Source of the DNA: Octopus sinensis
Taxonomy: Eukaryota
Direction: 5' to 3'
Assembly (NCBI RefSeq): GCF_006345805.1
Contig: NC_043001.1
Coordinates: 28,210,001 to 28,274,000, forward strand
Length of the DNA: 64,000 nt
Shown piece by piece: positions 13,088-27,171 of this stretch. The notes under the pieces are model-generated. The model was not told where the DNA came from. It was given only the letters and a program-made list of their open reading frames with translations, and made no database searches. The first letter of the stretch is position 1, and each line of letters starts with the position of its first letter. Position numbers and translations under genes: made by a program.

Positions 13088-14619
13088 GTATAATCTTAAG
13101 TGTACATTATTATATAACCATCGCAGCTAATCTATCTATATGTGTGTGTGTGTGTGTCTGGTGACTTTGGACGTGTGTATGCGCGTGCGTGTGTGTGTGC
13201 GCGCACATGCGCGCGTGTAACTTTGTGTCTGTGATTGTTCGCCACCACTGCTTGGCAACTGCTTTTGGTGGGTTTACGTTTCTGTAACTTAGCGATTCGG
13301 CAAAAGAGATCAACAGAATAAATACCAGGGTCAGAATACAAAGAAAGAAAGAAGAAAAGAAGTTTTGAAGTAGATTTCATCCGACTAAAAAAATTCTTAT
13401 TCTTGAAAGCGGTGCTCCAGCATGGCCGCAGTCTAATGACTGAAACAAGTCAAGGATAAAAGACAAATGATTACACGTCGGGCTACAAACATTTCAAGTG
13501 AGAAGTGTCGACCATGTTAACCAAACATTGGATAAAAAACAAAAAAAAAAACAAAACAAAAACATATATATATATATATATATATACTATATATATATAT
13601 ATTGGTGTGCGAGAAAGGTGAGAGTTTTCTCCCCCTTTCCGCTATTTAACTCTAGAACCGGAAACTGAAGCAGTGAATTTCAATAGATAGATAACCTGCA
13701 TTTTGTATCTACGCATGACCGCCTAAAGAATTTGTCAACCGAGAAAACCCTATCATTTTACGAAAAGCTGTTCTGTTTAGTTACATACTCATTCATTTCT
13801 CTCTTTTAAATTCTATTTTCTTTTTGGCTTCGTTCTTATAGCACAGAGAGATGGGATAAAGAACGGGGGGGGATGACATTAGGCTGGTGGGGTTGGGTAG
13901 GGTCGAGAAAAAGATTTCATTTCTAGCGAAGTCTTTAACTCTGATAACCACTGTTATTTCAGAATAATTTATATTCTGTGACTCCCAGAGATCGCATCAT
14001 ACCCTAAAGCATATATTTTCTTCGCCACACATCTTTCCTTTATATTCGTTTTGTTTATTTATTTTTTCCCGTTTTTTTATTTTCTTTTGCCAGTTTTTCC
14101 AGACACTTCTCAGCCACTGTCCCAACCTCCATCATCTTCTCGAATCTTCTTGCCATAGCCCCTCTAGCTATGCAACTCCTTTCTACTCATGCAATTTTCG
14201 ATTGAGTTGTTCTTCGCCCTGAAATCTGTGTATTTATAAACCACCCGCTTCACCCCACTAACCTTCACGTTTTTCATCATCTACCACTATTTATTTTGCA
14301 CACTCACTTATTACCCTCTCGGTGACATCACTCGCTCTATCACTCACCGGTTTCACTGCTGCTGCTGCGGCTACTGCTGCTGCTGCTGCCGTCTTCGTAT
14401 TTTCCATCATCAACACCGACGTAACGATTACTTCTCAGCAGCAAATTAAAAATTACATCCGCCACGCACCTCACATTCACACATCAATTACTCTAGATCC
14501 ACTCCCGAACAAAACCAACAATCTCTCACACACACACACACACGCGCGCGCGCGAGCGCGCGCATACGCACATCCAAAGTCACCAAAAAAACGCATAACC
14601 AACATAATCATCACCATCA

Positions 14620-17005
14620 TCATCATTCTCGTCGCCGTCGTCGTCGTCGTTGTTGTCACTGCATTCATCATCACCCTTGTCGTCATCATCATTATCATCA
14701 CCATCATCATCATCATCATAATCATCGTCGTCGTTGTCATCCTTTTCCTCCTCCTCCCTCTCCTACACCTCTACCTCTACCTCCTCCACCACCGCCTCTT
14801 CCTCATCTTCCTCTTCCACATCATCATCATCACCACCACCAACAGCAAAAGCAACCACCACCACCACCAATACCACCATTGTCATCATCATCGTCATCGT
14901 CATCATCATCATCGTCATCGTCATCATCATCGTCATCATCACCACCAACCACCACCACCACCATCATCACCATCATCACCATCATCATCATCGTCATCAT
15001 CATCACGATCACCACCACCAACCATCACCGCCACCACCACCGTCATCATCATCATCATCATCACCACCAACCACTACCACCACCACCATCATCATCATCG
15101 TCATCGTCATCGTCATCATCATCACCACCACCAACCATCACCGCCACCACCACCGTCATCATCATCATCATCATCACCACCAACCACTACCACCACCACC
15201 ATCATCATCATCGTCATCGTCATCGTCATCATCATCACCACCACCAACCATCACCGCCACCACCACCGTCGTCATTATCATCGTCATCACATTTACCAAC
15301 TTTTCCGCCACCGCCATTTCTGACCTATAGTTTCAACGAATACCCAAAACGCGTCACAATCGAAAGTAATTGTTTCCTAAACTAACACTACAGTCGCACT
15401 GACCACCCACCACCACAACCACCACCACCACTACCACACCACTACCACCACAACCACCACCAAACCACCACAACCACAACCACCCCACCCCACCACCACA
15501 CCACCACTACACCACCACCACCACCACCACACCACCACCACCACTACCACCACCACCACTACCACCACCACTACCACCACCACCACCACCAACAACCACC
15601 ACCACCACCACCACCAACACTACCACCACCACCACTACCACCCACACCACCACAACCACCACAACACCACAACCACCACCACCACCACCACAACACCACC
15701 ACCACCACCACCACCACCACAACACCACAACCACCCACAACCACCACAAACCACCACCACCCCCAACCCACCACCCCACTACCACCACCACCACACCACC
15801 ACCACACCACCATCACACTACCACCACCACTACCACCACCACTACCACCACCACCACCACCACCACTACCACCACCACCACCCCCACCACCACACCACTA
15901 CCACCACCAACTACCACCAATACCACCACCACCACCACCACCAACCACCACACTACCACACCACCACACCACCACCACACCACTGCACCACCACCACCCA
16001 CCACCATACCACCATCAACACACCCACCATCAAACCAACCACACCACACCACCACCACCACCACCACCACCACCACCACCACCACTACCACCACCACCAC
16101 CACCATCACCACCACCCCACCACCCTCACCACCACCACCACTACCACCTCAACCGACACCCACTAGGGCCAGGTTCATTACGAACCAGCTCGAAACCTAC
16201 TAACTAGCTACAGTAGCCAAAATCTGGTCACTTGATCTGCTAGAAAAGGCAGTGAAATCTCAACGTAATCACACACTTTTAGCATCTTACAAAGAGAAAA
16301 GAGAAAAGAGTACATTGATGTGATAACTTGTCTTTAGACCCATCCTCAAAGACGGGATGGTCATCACTGGATTGTTTTGAGATAGTGTCACTGGTTATCT
16401 TCTTTATCTCCGACCTGATGTTAAACAAGAACACCAACCAAACAACAGTCGCACTGACACCAACACCCCACCAACACCACCACCACACCGCCACCACCAC
16501 CACCCCAACCACCACCACTACCATCAACACCACCACCACCACCACCCCAACCACCACCACTACCATCAACACCACCCCCACCCACCACCAACCACCACCA
16601 CCCAACCACCAACACTACCATCAACACACCACCACCACCACCCCAACCACCACCACTACCATCAACACACCACCACACCACCCCAACCACCACACCCCAA
16701 CCACACACAACTACCATCAACACCACCCACCACCACCACACCACCCCCCCCCCCAAACCACCACCACCCAACCACACCACTACCATCAACACCACCACCA
16801 CCACCACCACCACCACCACCACCACCAACCACCACACCAATCACCACCACCACCACCAACCACCACCACCACCACAACCACCACTACCATCACCCCACCA
16901 CAACACCAAACATCAACACAACACGTCCACCACAAGTCAACATCCAAAATTAAAACCATCAAACCCCCCATCTCACCACCCCCACCACCACACCATCACC
17001 ACCAC
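14620..17005. repeat. Long CAT/CAC low-complexity tract with a ~113-bp higher-order period near 15.0-15.3 kb
   Basis: accatcaccgccacc recurs at 15021, 15134 and 15247; degenerate CAC runs up to the gap. Confidence 0.9.
16165..16432 (+). mobile_element. Ancient dispersed repeat (ctgctagaaa..gc..aaatct..tcacac core, (AAC)n tail)
   Basis: Diverged homologues at ~22250-22420, 23890-23960, 33830-33880 (-), 39700-39860 (-), 49290-49470 (-); several end in CAA/GTT microsatellites. Confidence 0.55.
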
Positions 17006-17105
17006 NNNNNNNNNNNNNNNNNNNNNNNNNNNNNNNNNNNNNNNNNNNNNNNNNNNNNNNNNNNNNNNNNNNNNNNNNNNNNNNNNNNNNNNNNNNNNNN
17101 NNNNN
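17006..17105. other. Assembly gap (100 N)
   Basis: Run of n. Confidence 1.
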
Positions 17106-17111
17106 TATATG

Positions 17112-17303
17112 CAGGGGAGGAAGCAAGTGAGAGAAAGTTGTGGCGAAAGAATCAGCAGAAGTTCGCCATTATTTTCTGCCGGAGGAGCCGCGTGGATCTT
17201 AGGTGTTTCGCTCATAAACACACACATTCGCCGGTCTGAGATTCGAACCCACGATTTCTCGATCGCTAGTCCGCTGCTCTAACCACTAGGCCATGTGCCT
17301 CCA
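17112..17303 (-). mobile_element. SINE family C variant, 5' half
   Basis: Minus strand tggaggcacatggcctagtggttagagcagcggac..gggttcgaatctc. Confidence 0.85.
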
Positions 17304-17581
17304 CACACACCCATTTAGACACACGTAACAACAAACAGACGTTAAAAATGCATGGTTATTTATACATCCCAAATAATCGTGCATACTATGGATGTATATA
17401 TCCTATGGATGTATATATCCGCAAATGACTGCTTTTGGTCACGATTTGTTTAGTCGCTGTTTTTTATTTTTTATTTTATATCAATATCTATATCTATATA
17501 TTTGTTTTCATTGTTTGATTGAAACGAAAGAAATTACACTGCACTGGATGAAAATGAAAAATTCAAATATCCTCGACAGAT

Positions 17582-17619
17582 GTTGCTATGGTAACGAATC
17601 AATGACAGCCATCACGTCA
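17582..17619. promoter_or_regulatory. Candidate RFX X-box plus CRE-like site in unique sequence
   Basis: gttgctatggtaac (17582-17595) fits GTTNCCATGGNAAC with one deviation; tcacgtca at 17612-17619. Confidence 0.35.
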
Positions 17620-18077
17620 TACTACCGCGCCCGATACCAAATTATTTAACTTGGCGAGAAATTGATTGCCACTTCTTAACTGGCTATGCGGCTGGTGGTG
17701 TTTCCAAATTAGCAAGTTTAAACTAAAATAGATAAATATATAAATGAATAAATAAATAAATAAATAAATAAATAAATGAAATATAAATGAAATAAATAAA
17801 AAAAAGCAAAAAAATGGATGTATACGTGTGAAATCATTTACGGAAACAGACGACCATAGTCGTATATTTCAAAATGTCGTGCATATTTAGAACTCTTAAC
17901 TAGAGACATTTTACACGAGCCGTGAACTTAAACATGTATGTATGTATGTATGTATGTATGTATTATGTATGTATGCATGTATGTATGCATGCATGCATGC
18001 ATGCATGAATGTATGTATGATTGCATGAATGTATGTATGTGTGTGTATACATATACTCGTAGTCGTAACGTCTCATT

Positions 18078-18340
18078 AAATAAAAAATAAATGAGCCCTT
18101 TTAAAGCCTAGCCAGGCTCATGGGCCCGGTTTCCCGGTTTCCATGGCATATGTGTTTCCCAGCTGGACGGGACACCAGTCCATCGCAGCGCTACTCCTTT
18201 TTGCCAGCTGAGTGAACTCGAGCAACGTAAAATGAAGTGTTTTGCTCAAGAACGCAACGCGTCGCCCGGTCCAGGAATCGAAACCACAATCTTACGATCA
18301 TGATGCTGACACCCTAACCCCTAAGCCACGCACCTCCACA
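18078..18340 (-). mobile_element. SINE family D, full length
   Basis: Reverse complement of 7272-7529; TSD aacgtctcatt at 18067-18077 and 18341-18351. Confidence 0.92.
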
Positions 18341-19721
18341 AACGTCTCATTCCATATGTAAAATATGTGTGTGCGTATGCAGCAGTGTTTCTAAGTATGT
18401 ATACTATTATTATTTTACAATTTTAAGCTTTTGTAATGTGACCATGCAATTAGTGCCTCTTTAAGAGTTTCAGTTTATTTTATCACGCTTAATACCGCGC
18501 CTGTATTTATTTTATCGTCTACCGATTTGTAGAAAGCAAAGTCGGCATGAGCGTAAATGCGTGTATCGCAATAAACCCATCACCAGACGCTGCGGATATG
18601 TTGGGCCACCACGTTTCAGTGTCGTTAGGTGTCTTTACCGATTTTTTTCTGGGGAAGTAGCGAGGTGGGCGGAGCTGCTCTTCAGTGGGCCAGCTGCCGC
18701 AATGTGGGTTCATTTAGCTTCTCGGATGAGACTTTGTCGAGATGTTCTTTGATGACCTCCACGTCTATACTCACACACACACTCACACACATACATACAC
18801 ACATACCTACACACACACATACACACACACATAGGTGCAGGCATGGCTGTGTGATAAGAAGCTCGCTTCCTAACTACATGGTTCCGGGTTCCGTCCCACT
18901 GCAAGGTACCTTAGGCAAGTGACTTCTATAATAGCCAAGGCCGACCAAAGCCTTGTGAGTGCTGGATTTAGCAGACGAAAACTGAAAGAACTTCGTCGTG
19001 TGTACGTGTGTCTGTAAGTGAGTGTTTACGTTTGTCCCCAGCACTGCTTGACAACCGGTGAGGGTGTGTTTATATCCCCATAACGTAGCGGTACAGCCAA
19101 CTATATATATATATTGTTGAAATTTACAAAAAGTAATTGCAATATCACTGGTGTCTATTAGTATCGGCCTTTACATCTCCCTTGGATAACATCGGCAGCA
19201 TGGAGAGAGGAGGCTGGTATGTATGGGCGACTACTGCTCTTCCATAAACAACCTTGCCCGGACTTGTGCCTCGGAGGGGAACTTTTTAGATGTGTTCACA
19301 TGGCTCTTCATGACAGAAGGGGTTCCATTATCTACATATCTATCCATCTATATGTATATATATAAGATTTAAAAGATCCAGATATCCAGGCGGTTTCCAC
19401 TCAAAAGTCGAGTCAGCGTTTATGTCATGCAACCTATATATTACCTTTACAAGCAACGCTAATTTAGCTGTTTCCCTGTAGATTGAAAATCTATTTTAGA
19501 ATTTTATTGGATTCTCAACACAGGCGTTTACATCAATTTGACCCATACCAGAGAAACAAACAAACAATCTGTTTATATACTCAACAATGGCAGCATCTAC
19601 AGAAAACTGGGGTTACTAATTTGCATACCATAAGTGTTAACACCTTATTTTAAATATCAGGGGAGATGTCAACAGGGATCTTAGTCCACTCAGTATCAAG
19701 TTATAATATATGTAATATATA

Positions 19722-19896
19722 TTCTTTTCTCTCCTTTTTTTTCCTCTCCTTGTTTCTTTCTGTGTTCCTTTCTGTAGAAGAGCGTAGGCTCGAAACATTA
19801 AAGACTTTTTCAATTCCCGAGCATTATACTAATACATCTGCTTCTTTTCTACACCACCTGTCTTCGTCTTTTGTTTTTTTGTGAATTCTCCCCCTA
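19722..19896 (+). mobile_element. Short Penelope-like terminal repeat carrying a minimal hammerhead-like motif
   Basis: Homologous to 25056-25220 (-); TA-flanked; motif at 19768-19803. Confidence 0.65.
19768..19803 (+). ncRNA. Minimal type I hammerhead-like motif (variant core, degraded)
   Basis: cttt CTGTAGA a gagc-gtag-gctc GAAA ca TT aaag. Confidence 0.5.
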
Positions 19897-21162
19897 TAAT
19901 ATATGTAACCTATATAGCACCTTAAACATTCCATATGTTTTTCAACACTAAAGTAACTTGAGATTTCTGAAAGGAAAGCTTATTTTCTTCAAAATGTCTG
20001 AAAATGCGAATAGACATTTTGATCAACATGAAAATGCTTTGAACAGGTAGACACAGTGTCGTCTTCAGATATGAGCACACTAGGCAGTTGCCCAGGAGTC
20101 CCAGAGGTCCGAGAGCTCAATTCTAATCTACGTATTTCTATAGAGTCCAGTGCGCTGATTTGCCCTAGGGTCTATAATGCGACTAAGATGACTCTGGGAT
20201 AATCATTCGGTTCTTCACAGAATCCAAGAATTCAAACTAAGTGACATGAACTTTTTTGAGTGAAATATAACTGTTCCTGAGATTTTTCAATGTCATTCAA
20301 CTAATGTGTTCATACATATGTTTAGATACATATAGGGATCCATGCATGTAATTGGTCTGCTTGTCTCTTTGGTACAAAAGTGTGTGTTTCATTACTCTAC
20401 GTGCATTTGTGCGTGTATGTGCATTCCTCAGATTTTGCATCCTTAGAAAGAAAATCTCTGCAATATATGTAAGGATGCACATTTGCGTGAATGCGACTGT
20501 GTGTGATAGTGCGTGTGTGTATGTGTGAGCGTATGTGTGCATATATGTGCGTATGTGTTCGTGCGTGTGTTTGTCTGTTGTTGTGTATGTGTGTGTGCTC
20601 GTGCACGTGTGTATGTGCGTGTGTATGTATGTGTGTCTGTGTATATGTGTGTATGGATGCGCGCGTGTGTGTGTGTGTGTGCGTGCGTGTGTGTGTGTGT
20701 ATGTGTGATGGTAATAGATAGTTTAGATGTAACTGACGGGCTAATGATATATCCGCTATTCTCAAAGACTTCTGGTTTCGATTCTTGGTATCGGTACTCT
20801 ACTGACACTTTCCTCACTTATATTTATCACGTGATTGCTTCTTCCCTCGCCTTCATTATACCTGTGAACATAGAATCCTTAGACTGTATTACACCTGAAA
20901 ATATGGTCGCCTTTACGTTCAATGACTTACAAACTCGACTTCAACTGCAGCCATGTTTAAATATAACGAACGCAAGTTCTGCCTCGTATTTTACGTTGTA
21001 GAGACGTGGTAAACTATTGATGGGATTGATGCCAAACAGTGTATTCTGCTGTACCTAACTGAATGAACAATCATCAGTCTCAATTATCTCTTCTACACGT
21101 CATAGAAACAAAAAGACAAAGGGAGTGAAACAAAGAGAGAGAAAGAGAGGTATAGATATGGA

Positions 21163-21201
<39 letters not shown>

Positions 21202-21639
21202 AGACGGAGAGAGAGAGAGATGGGGAATTATATAAACAATTTTACTTAATATCAACTACCGATTGCAACAGTCAATATCCAGGAAAATACCGAAATGGAA
21301 ACGAAAATTACTTACATATGCAAAAAATAACAAAGTGCGTACAGGAAACAAAACTATTTCCATAACAATTACAGCGGCACATTTGTTGAATAAACACATA
21401 ACTATGAACAGGACTAGCTGAAGGGGACAGGGGGAAAGAGACGAAGTAAAGGAAGGCAGAGAAGGAAAACCAAAGAAAAAAGAATACAAAAACAAAATCA
21501 AAAAATGAAAACGACATCCATAACCATGGTAATCCATCAACACAAACAGCTACATAAATGTAATTACATTGTTGTTTCACTATAACGAGATCACTATTCC
21601 ATTAAAACAACAGCTGAACACATAGGGAAATTTAATAAC

Positions 21640-21640
21640 T

Positions 21641-21677
<37 letters not shown>

Positions 21678-22200
21678 TGATAATAATAATAATAATAATA
21701 ATAATGATAATAATAATGATAATAATAGCAACAACGGAAGTAAAGAAAGTAAAAAAATTGAAAGTAGAAAGAAAATCAACAACAATAATAAGAGAAACAA
21801 AGAGATAGGGTGTAAGGATATGGGAGAAGAAGAAGGAGGAGGAGGAGGAGAAGAAGGAGAAGAAGAAGAAGAAGAAGAGAAGAAGAAGGAGGAGGAGGAG
21901 GAGGAGGAGGAGAAGAAGAAGTAGGAGGAGAAGAAGGAGAAGAAGAAGAAGATGAAGAAGAAGAAGAAGGAGGAGTAGAAGAAGAAGAAGAAGAAGAAGA
22001 AGAAGGAGGAGTAGAAGAAGAAGAAGAAGAAGAAGGGGGAGGAGGAGAAGAAGAAGGAGAAGAAGGAGAAAAAGAAGAAGAGAAGAAGAAGGGGAGGAGG
22101 AGGAGAAGAAGAAGGAGAAGAAGAAGAAGAAGAAGAGAAGAAGAAGAAGAAGAAGAAGAAGAAGAAGAAGAAGAACAAGAACAAGAACAAGAAGAAGAAG
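21640..22200. repeat. AAT and GAA/GGA microsatellites
   Basis: Directly visible; ATG/GAT tract follows at 22590-22920. Confidence 0.95.
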
Positions 22201-22626
22201 CAAAAGTAAAACTAGCAACAGCGACTGTAACGACATTAGCCCGAACTAACGAGGGAGACATTACTTAGCTGGCCGAGACCGACCTGCTAGAAATAGAAGT
22301 CAATTCTGCTTTATGTCATTCCTCAACTAACTAGAAGGAAACATTGAACAAAGTAATCGTTGATATATAAACGGAACGGATAGTCATGGATGGATTACCT
22401 TTGACCATTGGTTAGATGTATTTGAGTAGAATAGTTTTTTAAAATAAATCTATTATTAACACTTGAGTACTGTAAAGAGAAGAAAATAGATATTGAGTAA
22501 GGAAAACAACAAAAAACAAACTGAAAAATTAAACGTCAACAAAAGAAAAAACGATTACATGTAGAATATAATGTAAGAGTTTATGATGAATGATGATGAA
22601 GACGACGACTACGACGATGATGATGA

Positions 22627-22676
<50 letters not shown>

Positions 22677-22697
22677 AATGACAACGATGATGATGAC

Positions 22698-22739
<42 letters not shown>

Positions 22740-23430
22740 CTTGGCAGCGGTGAGGATGGTGGTCGTGGTGGTGATGGTGGTAGTGGAGGCGGTACCGGTT
22801 GTTGTGCTGTTAGTACAAATTAATGGTGGTGGTGATTGGTGGCGGTGATGGTGATAATAACGAGAATGATGATGAGGATGAGGATGAGGACGGCGATGAC
22901 GACGACGACGACGACGATAATTATCCTCCTCATCAAACCTAAAACATACACAGACTCAGATGAAATATTTTAGACAGTGGCAATATATAAAACCTATCCC
23001 TCTCTTATTCTGCAGACAAATTTGAAAAACAGAATGAAGAGCTGTTTGTGTATGAAGAGACATAAAAAACAGCAAGACACAGATATCTGTGAACACCGGA
23101 AACTTCATGTGTGTCACGTGTGCTATGATCGACCCAAATTTGAGATATATCATCCATCATGGCTGAATACAATTACGCCAGAGCCAAAGAAAGGAGTCTC
23201 TACAGTGCAGAGCCTCTGCACCAGTTATGGGCAACTATTTTCCTGAAGGGGGCCACAGGAAGCATGGCGTATCATTAGGTATATGGCACAAATAAAAAAA
23301 GATGGTTCAATTAATTTTTCGATAAGTGTGCCATTCGGAAAGTCCCATAGTCTGCAGTTTTCTCAAGACTGCTCTATACGGTCGTCCGAGCTACCAGAAA
23401 TTGCAGTCAAATCTTCTTCGAGTAGAACAT

Positions 23431-23824
23431 ACTCTTTACTCTTTACTTTTTTTCCATTTTACTTGTTTCAGTAATTTGACTGTGGCCATGCTGGAGCACC
23501 GCCTTTAGTCGAACAAATCGATCCCAGGACTTATTCTTTGTACGCCTCGTACTTATTCTATCGGTCTCTTTTGCCGGACCGCTAAGTTACGGGGACGTAA
23601 ACACACCATCATCGGTTGTCAAGCGATGTCGGGGAAACAAACACAGACACACAAACATATGCACACACGTACATACATACATATATACAACGGGCTTCTT
23701 TCAGTTTCCGTCTACCTAATCCACTCCCAAGGCTTTGATCGGGCCGAGGTGCCACGCAGTGGGACTGAACCCGGAATCATGTGGTTGGTAAGCAAGGTAC
23801 TTACCACGCAGCCGCTCCTACGCC
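23431..23824 (-). mobile_element. SINE family B, near full length with internal deletion
   Basis: Reverse-complement match including head and tail. Confidence 0.9.
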
Positions 23825-24712
23825 TATGAGTGTATAATAATGTATAATAGAAAAGGAACGAATAATAATTAATAAAGAAATGACAAAGCTAGAACGTTAT
23901 TGATCATTGTATTGCTCGACAGGAGCTGACTTGCGGTTAAACAAGAAGAAGAACAACAACAGCCATAGAAGCAACGGCACCAACAACAGTAACTCAATGG
24001 AGACTTACTCTGGCAACAACTCTATTGCTGGAGTGAATTGCGAGTCGACAGTGTTGGTCTAATGCGTCTGAGAGATCCAAGTAGTCACTAGAACAACAAA
24101 GCAGCTAAAGCATAAAAGTGAAAGTGAAACAAGCAAAAGAACGTCTAATAACTGCTGGGAACGATAGCAGTAACAATGATAGTCGATCTACCGGTTTCAT
24201 AAGCACAAGAAAGAAAACATCTAACGAGTAGATGATAATTTCATTGAAAGAATAGATCCAGCGACTGTAATGCACTTATGAAATGATAACCCTACTGACT
24301 ACGTCACAGAGAAATACAGTCATTTATTTTTCTTGTCACAAAACATTCCTACTGTCAAACAAGTTCAAGGAGAAAACAACGATTTTGCTTGTATGATTCA
24401 AAGCAAACAGCATAACATGAATTATTATTATCCCATTCCATATGTGTTGTATTTTCCTCTATCGTTCCCAATTTTTATATGAATCCTCTCCTCAGTGGTT
24501 GACAATGAAAGAGCTTACAGAACCGTTATGCTTTGCGGCTTTGCGGCATTTCGTTCGTCTTCACGTTCTGAGTTCAAATTCCGTCCAGGTTGACTTTGCC
24601 TTTCATCTTTTCGGGATCGATAAATTAAGTACCATTTGCGTACTGGGGTCGAAATAATCGACTAGTCCGCTCCCCCAAAATTTCAAGCCTTGTGCCGATA
24701 TTAGAAAGGATT

Positions 24713-24775
<63 letters not shown>

Positions 24776-25144
24776 ATCATCGTCATCATCATCATCATCG
24801 TCGTCGTCATCGTCATCATCATCATTATCATCACCATCATCATTATTATCATTCAATACTTGACCAGATAAATCTAGAAAAATAGTTTTTTTGTTCATTC
24901 ATTGATCTTCTTGAACTACTGATAAAGATATCTGATTTAGGGCAGAAAAAAAACGACTTGTATTAAATATATACAATTGTGTGTATATTAATATATATGT
25001 ATGTATATATGTATCTCTCTCTCCCTCTCTCTTTATATATATACATATATATATAACTGAAATTGACAGCAAAACAAAAGACGAAGACAGGTGTATAAAC
25101 AACAAGCAGGTGTATTAGTTTAATGCTCAGGAAGGTGAGAAAGT

Positions 25145-25180
25145 CTTTTACGTTTCGAGCCTACGCTCTTCAACAGAAAG
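25145..25180 (-). ncRNA. Minimal type I hammerhead-like motif (CUGUUGA core variant) in Penelope-like terminal repeat 25056-25220
   Basis: Minus strand cttt CTGTTGA a gagc-gtag-gctc GAAA cg TA aaag. Confidence 0.55.
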
Positions 25181-25332
25181 AAACACGAGGAAATAAACTG
25201 AAAGAGAGAGAAAAAAAAATATAGATATAGATATACACATTATTACAAAACATATTCACATACATACGTTTATTCATACATACATACACACACACACTCA
25301 CACACACTCACTCACTCACACACACTCACACG

Positions 25333-25389
<57 letters not shown>

Positions 25390-25506
25390 ATAGATATAGA
25401 TATACACATTATTAGAAAACACATTCACATACATACGTATATTCATACATACATACACACACATATGTATATAAGTACATGTTATATGTATATACGTATA
25501 CACACA

Positions 25507-25556
<50 letters not shown>

Positions 25557-25910
25557 CGTGTTTGTACAATCTATAGAGTCACCGGTTTATCAGATTAAAT
25601 TAACAGTTCCATCACTGAGTCAAAATAACTTTTAATAACAAAATTTCCAAGTGATTAGGACACTCGCGTCAGTTGTTATAGATAATTCATTATTTTGTAT
25701 TATAAGTCGGTGAGCTGGAAGAATCATTAGCTCACCAGAAGAAAAAAATGCGTAGCGACATTTCGTCTGGTTCAAATTTCGTCGGGGTCCACTCCACTTC
25801 ACCTTTCATCCTTTCGGAGTCTATAAAATAAGTACCTACAAAGTACTGGGATCAATACAATCGCCTTAGCCCTCCCCTCAAAAACTGTCCTGGACCAAAA
25901 TTTGGAACCA

Positions 25911-26004
25911 TTATTTTGTATTGCAGTCAAGGTTGTTTCGTATTGCAGTCGAGGTTATTTCGTATTGCAGTCTAGATTGTTTCGTATTGCAGTCGAGGTT
26001 GTTT
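25911..26004. repeat. 22-bp minisatellite, about 4 copies
   Basis: ttgtttcgtattgcagtcgagg head to tail, no spacers. Confidence 0.9.
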
Positions 26005-26773
26005 ATGTATATTTTATGAGGATGCACAGTACACTGCGATTCGTAATATGTATGATCCCTGTTTACAATCAGATAACCAGCTGCTGCGTATCTCAAAATA
26101 ACATGTGCCTATAACATATTTCAACCTGTGTAAATACAATCTCTGATATTTTTATCATATGTTTGTAAACTTTGATTTGACATGAATTATGAATTCAATG
26201 AAACATTCAAATTTATTAGTGGTTTATTTGATCTGAAATGGGTTTCTGTAATACTTTAATAGTTTCGAACACAATGACGATTTTACATTTCGATAACTTA
26301 TCTAAGTTAATAGTCTGACTGACGTTATTATTCCGTTGCTCTTTACCAGTTCAATACTAAATTTGACGCAGTACTCCAAGCCAACGTTACCGATTTTAAA
26401 GCTATTGGAAGTCGTCTGCGCGTCTACGTGTTTGTGTACATGCATATGTGCTTTGTCTTTTTATTATAGAGGACATGTTGCAAAGCAGCTGAAAAGTTAC
26501 GAAGCTTCCTTCGTTTCGTTTTGTTTTTAGATGTTAGGTCAGCTCTTTGACATCTTTGGCAGTTGCAGGTCTTGCAAATGTAGTCTAGTAAACACTTGCG
26601 TAAACACTCATGAATCCAAACATTCTGGTCCAAAATAACGCACGTACGCGCTTCAAACATATATAAAGACAAACACACACACGCATGCGCACATACGTAC
26701 ACATGCATCTATACATACACATACACAATTGACTATATGGATGCACACTCGCACTAATATTTATAGAAGCTTA

Positions 26774-27171
26774 AGGCGGTGATCTGGCAGAAACGTTAAT
26801 GCACCGAACAAAATGCTTAGCGGTATTTCGTCTGCCGTTACGTTCTGAGTTCAAATTCCGCCGAGGTCGACTTTGCTTTTCATCCTTTCGGGGTCGATGA
26901 ATTAAGGACCAGTTACGCACTGGGGTCGATGTAATCGACTTAATCTATTTATCTGTCCTTGTTTGTCCTTTCTGTGTTTAGCCCCTTGTGGGTAGTAAAG
27001 AAATAGGTATTTCTTCCAATTTTACATTCTGAGTTCAATAGCCGCTAGGATTGACTTTGTCTTTCATCCTTTCCAGGTTGATAAAATAAGTACCAGGTTA
27101 GCACTGGGGGTTGATGTAATCGACTTACCCACTCCAACGTAATTACTGGCCTTGTGCCCAAATTGGAAACC
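26774..27171 (+). mobile_element. Chimeric SINE A/A2 dimer
   Basis: One head, an A unit, then an A2 unit from ggtatttc; 18-bp TSD aatatttatagaagctta at 26756-26773 and 27172-27189. Confidence 0.88.

Noticed and set aside
14322-17239. Long ORFs (333 aa, 303 aa and overlapping) rich in His/Pro/Thr/Ile
   Set aside because: Open in several frames because CAT/CAC repeats lack stop codons; one runs through the N gap; no domain
22977-23246. 89-aa Cys/His-containing ORF after a tctgcag acceptor
   Set aside because: No recognisable zinc-finger spacing or homology; cannot be supported without RNA data
25911-26004. Possible CRISPR array
   Set aside because: 22-bp units are contiguous with no spacers; eukaryotic context; no cas genes
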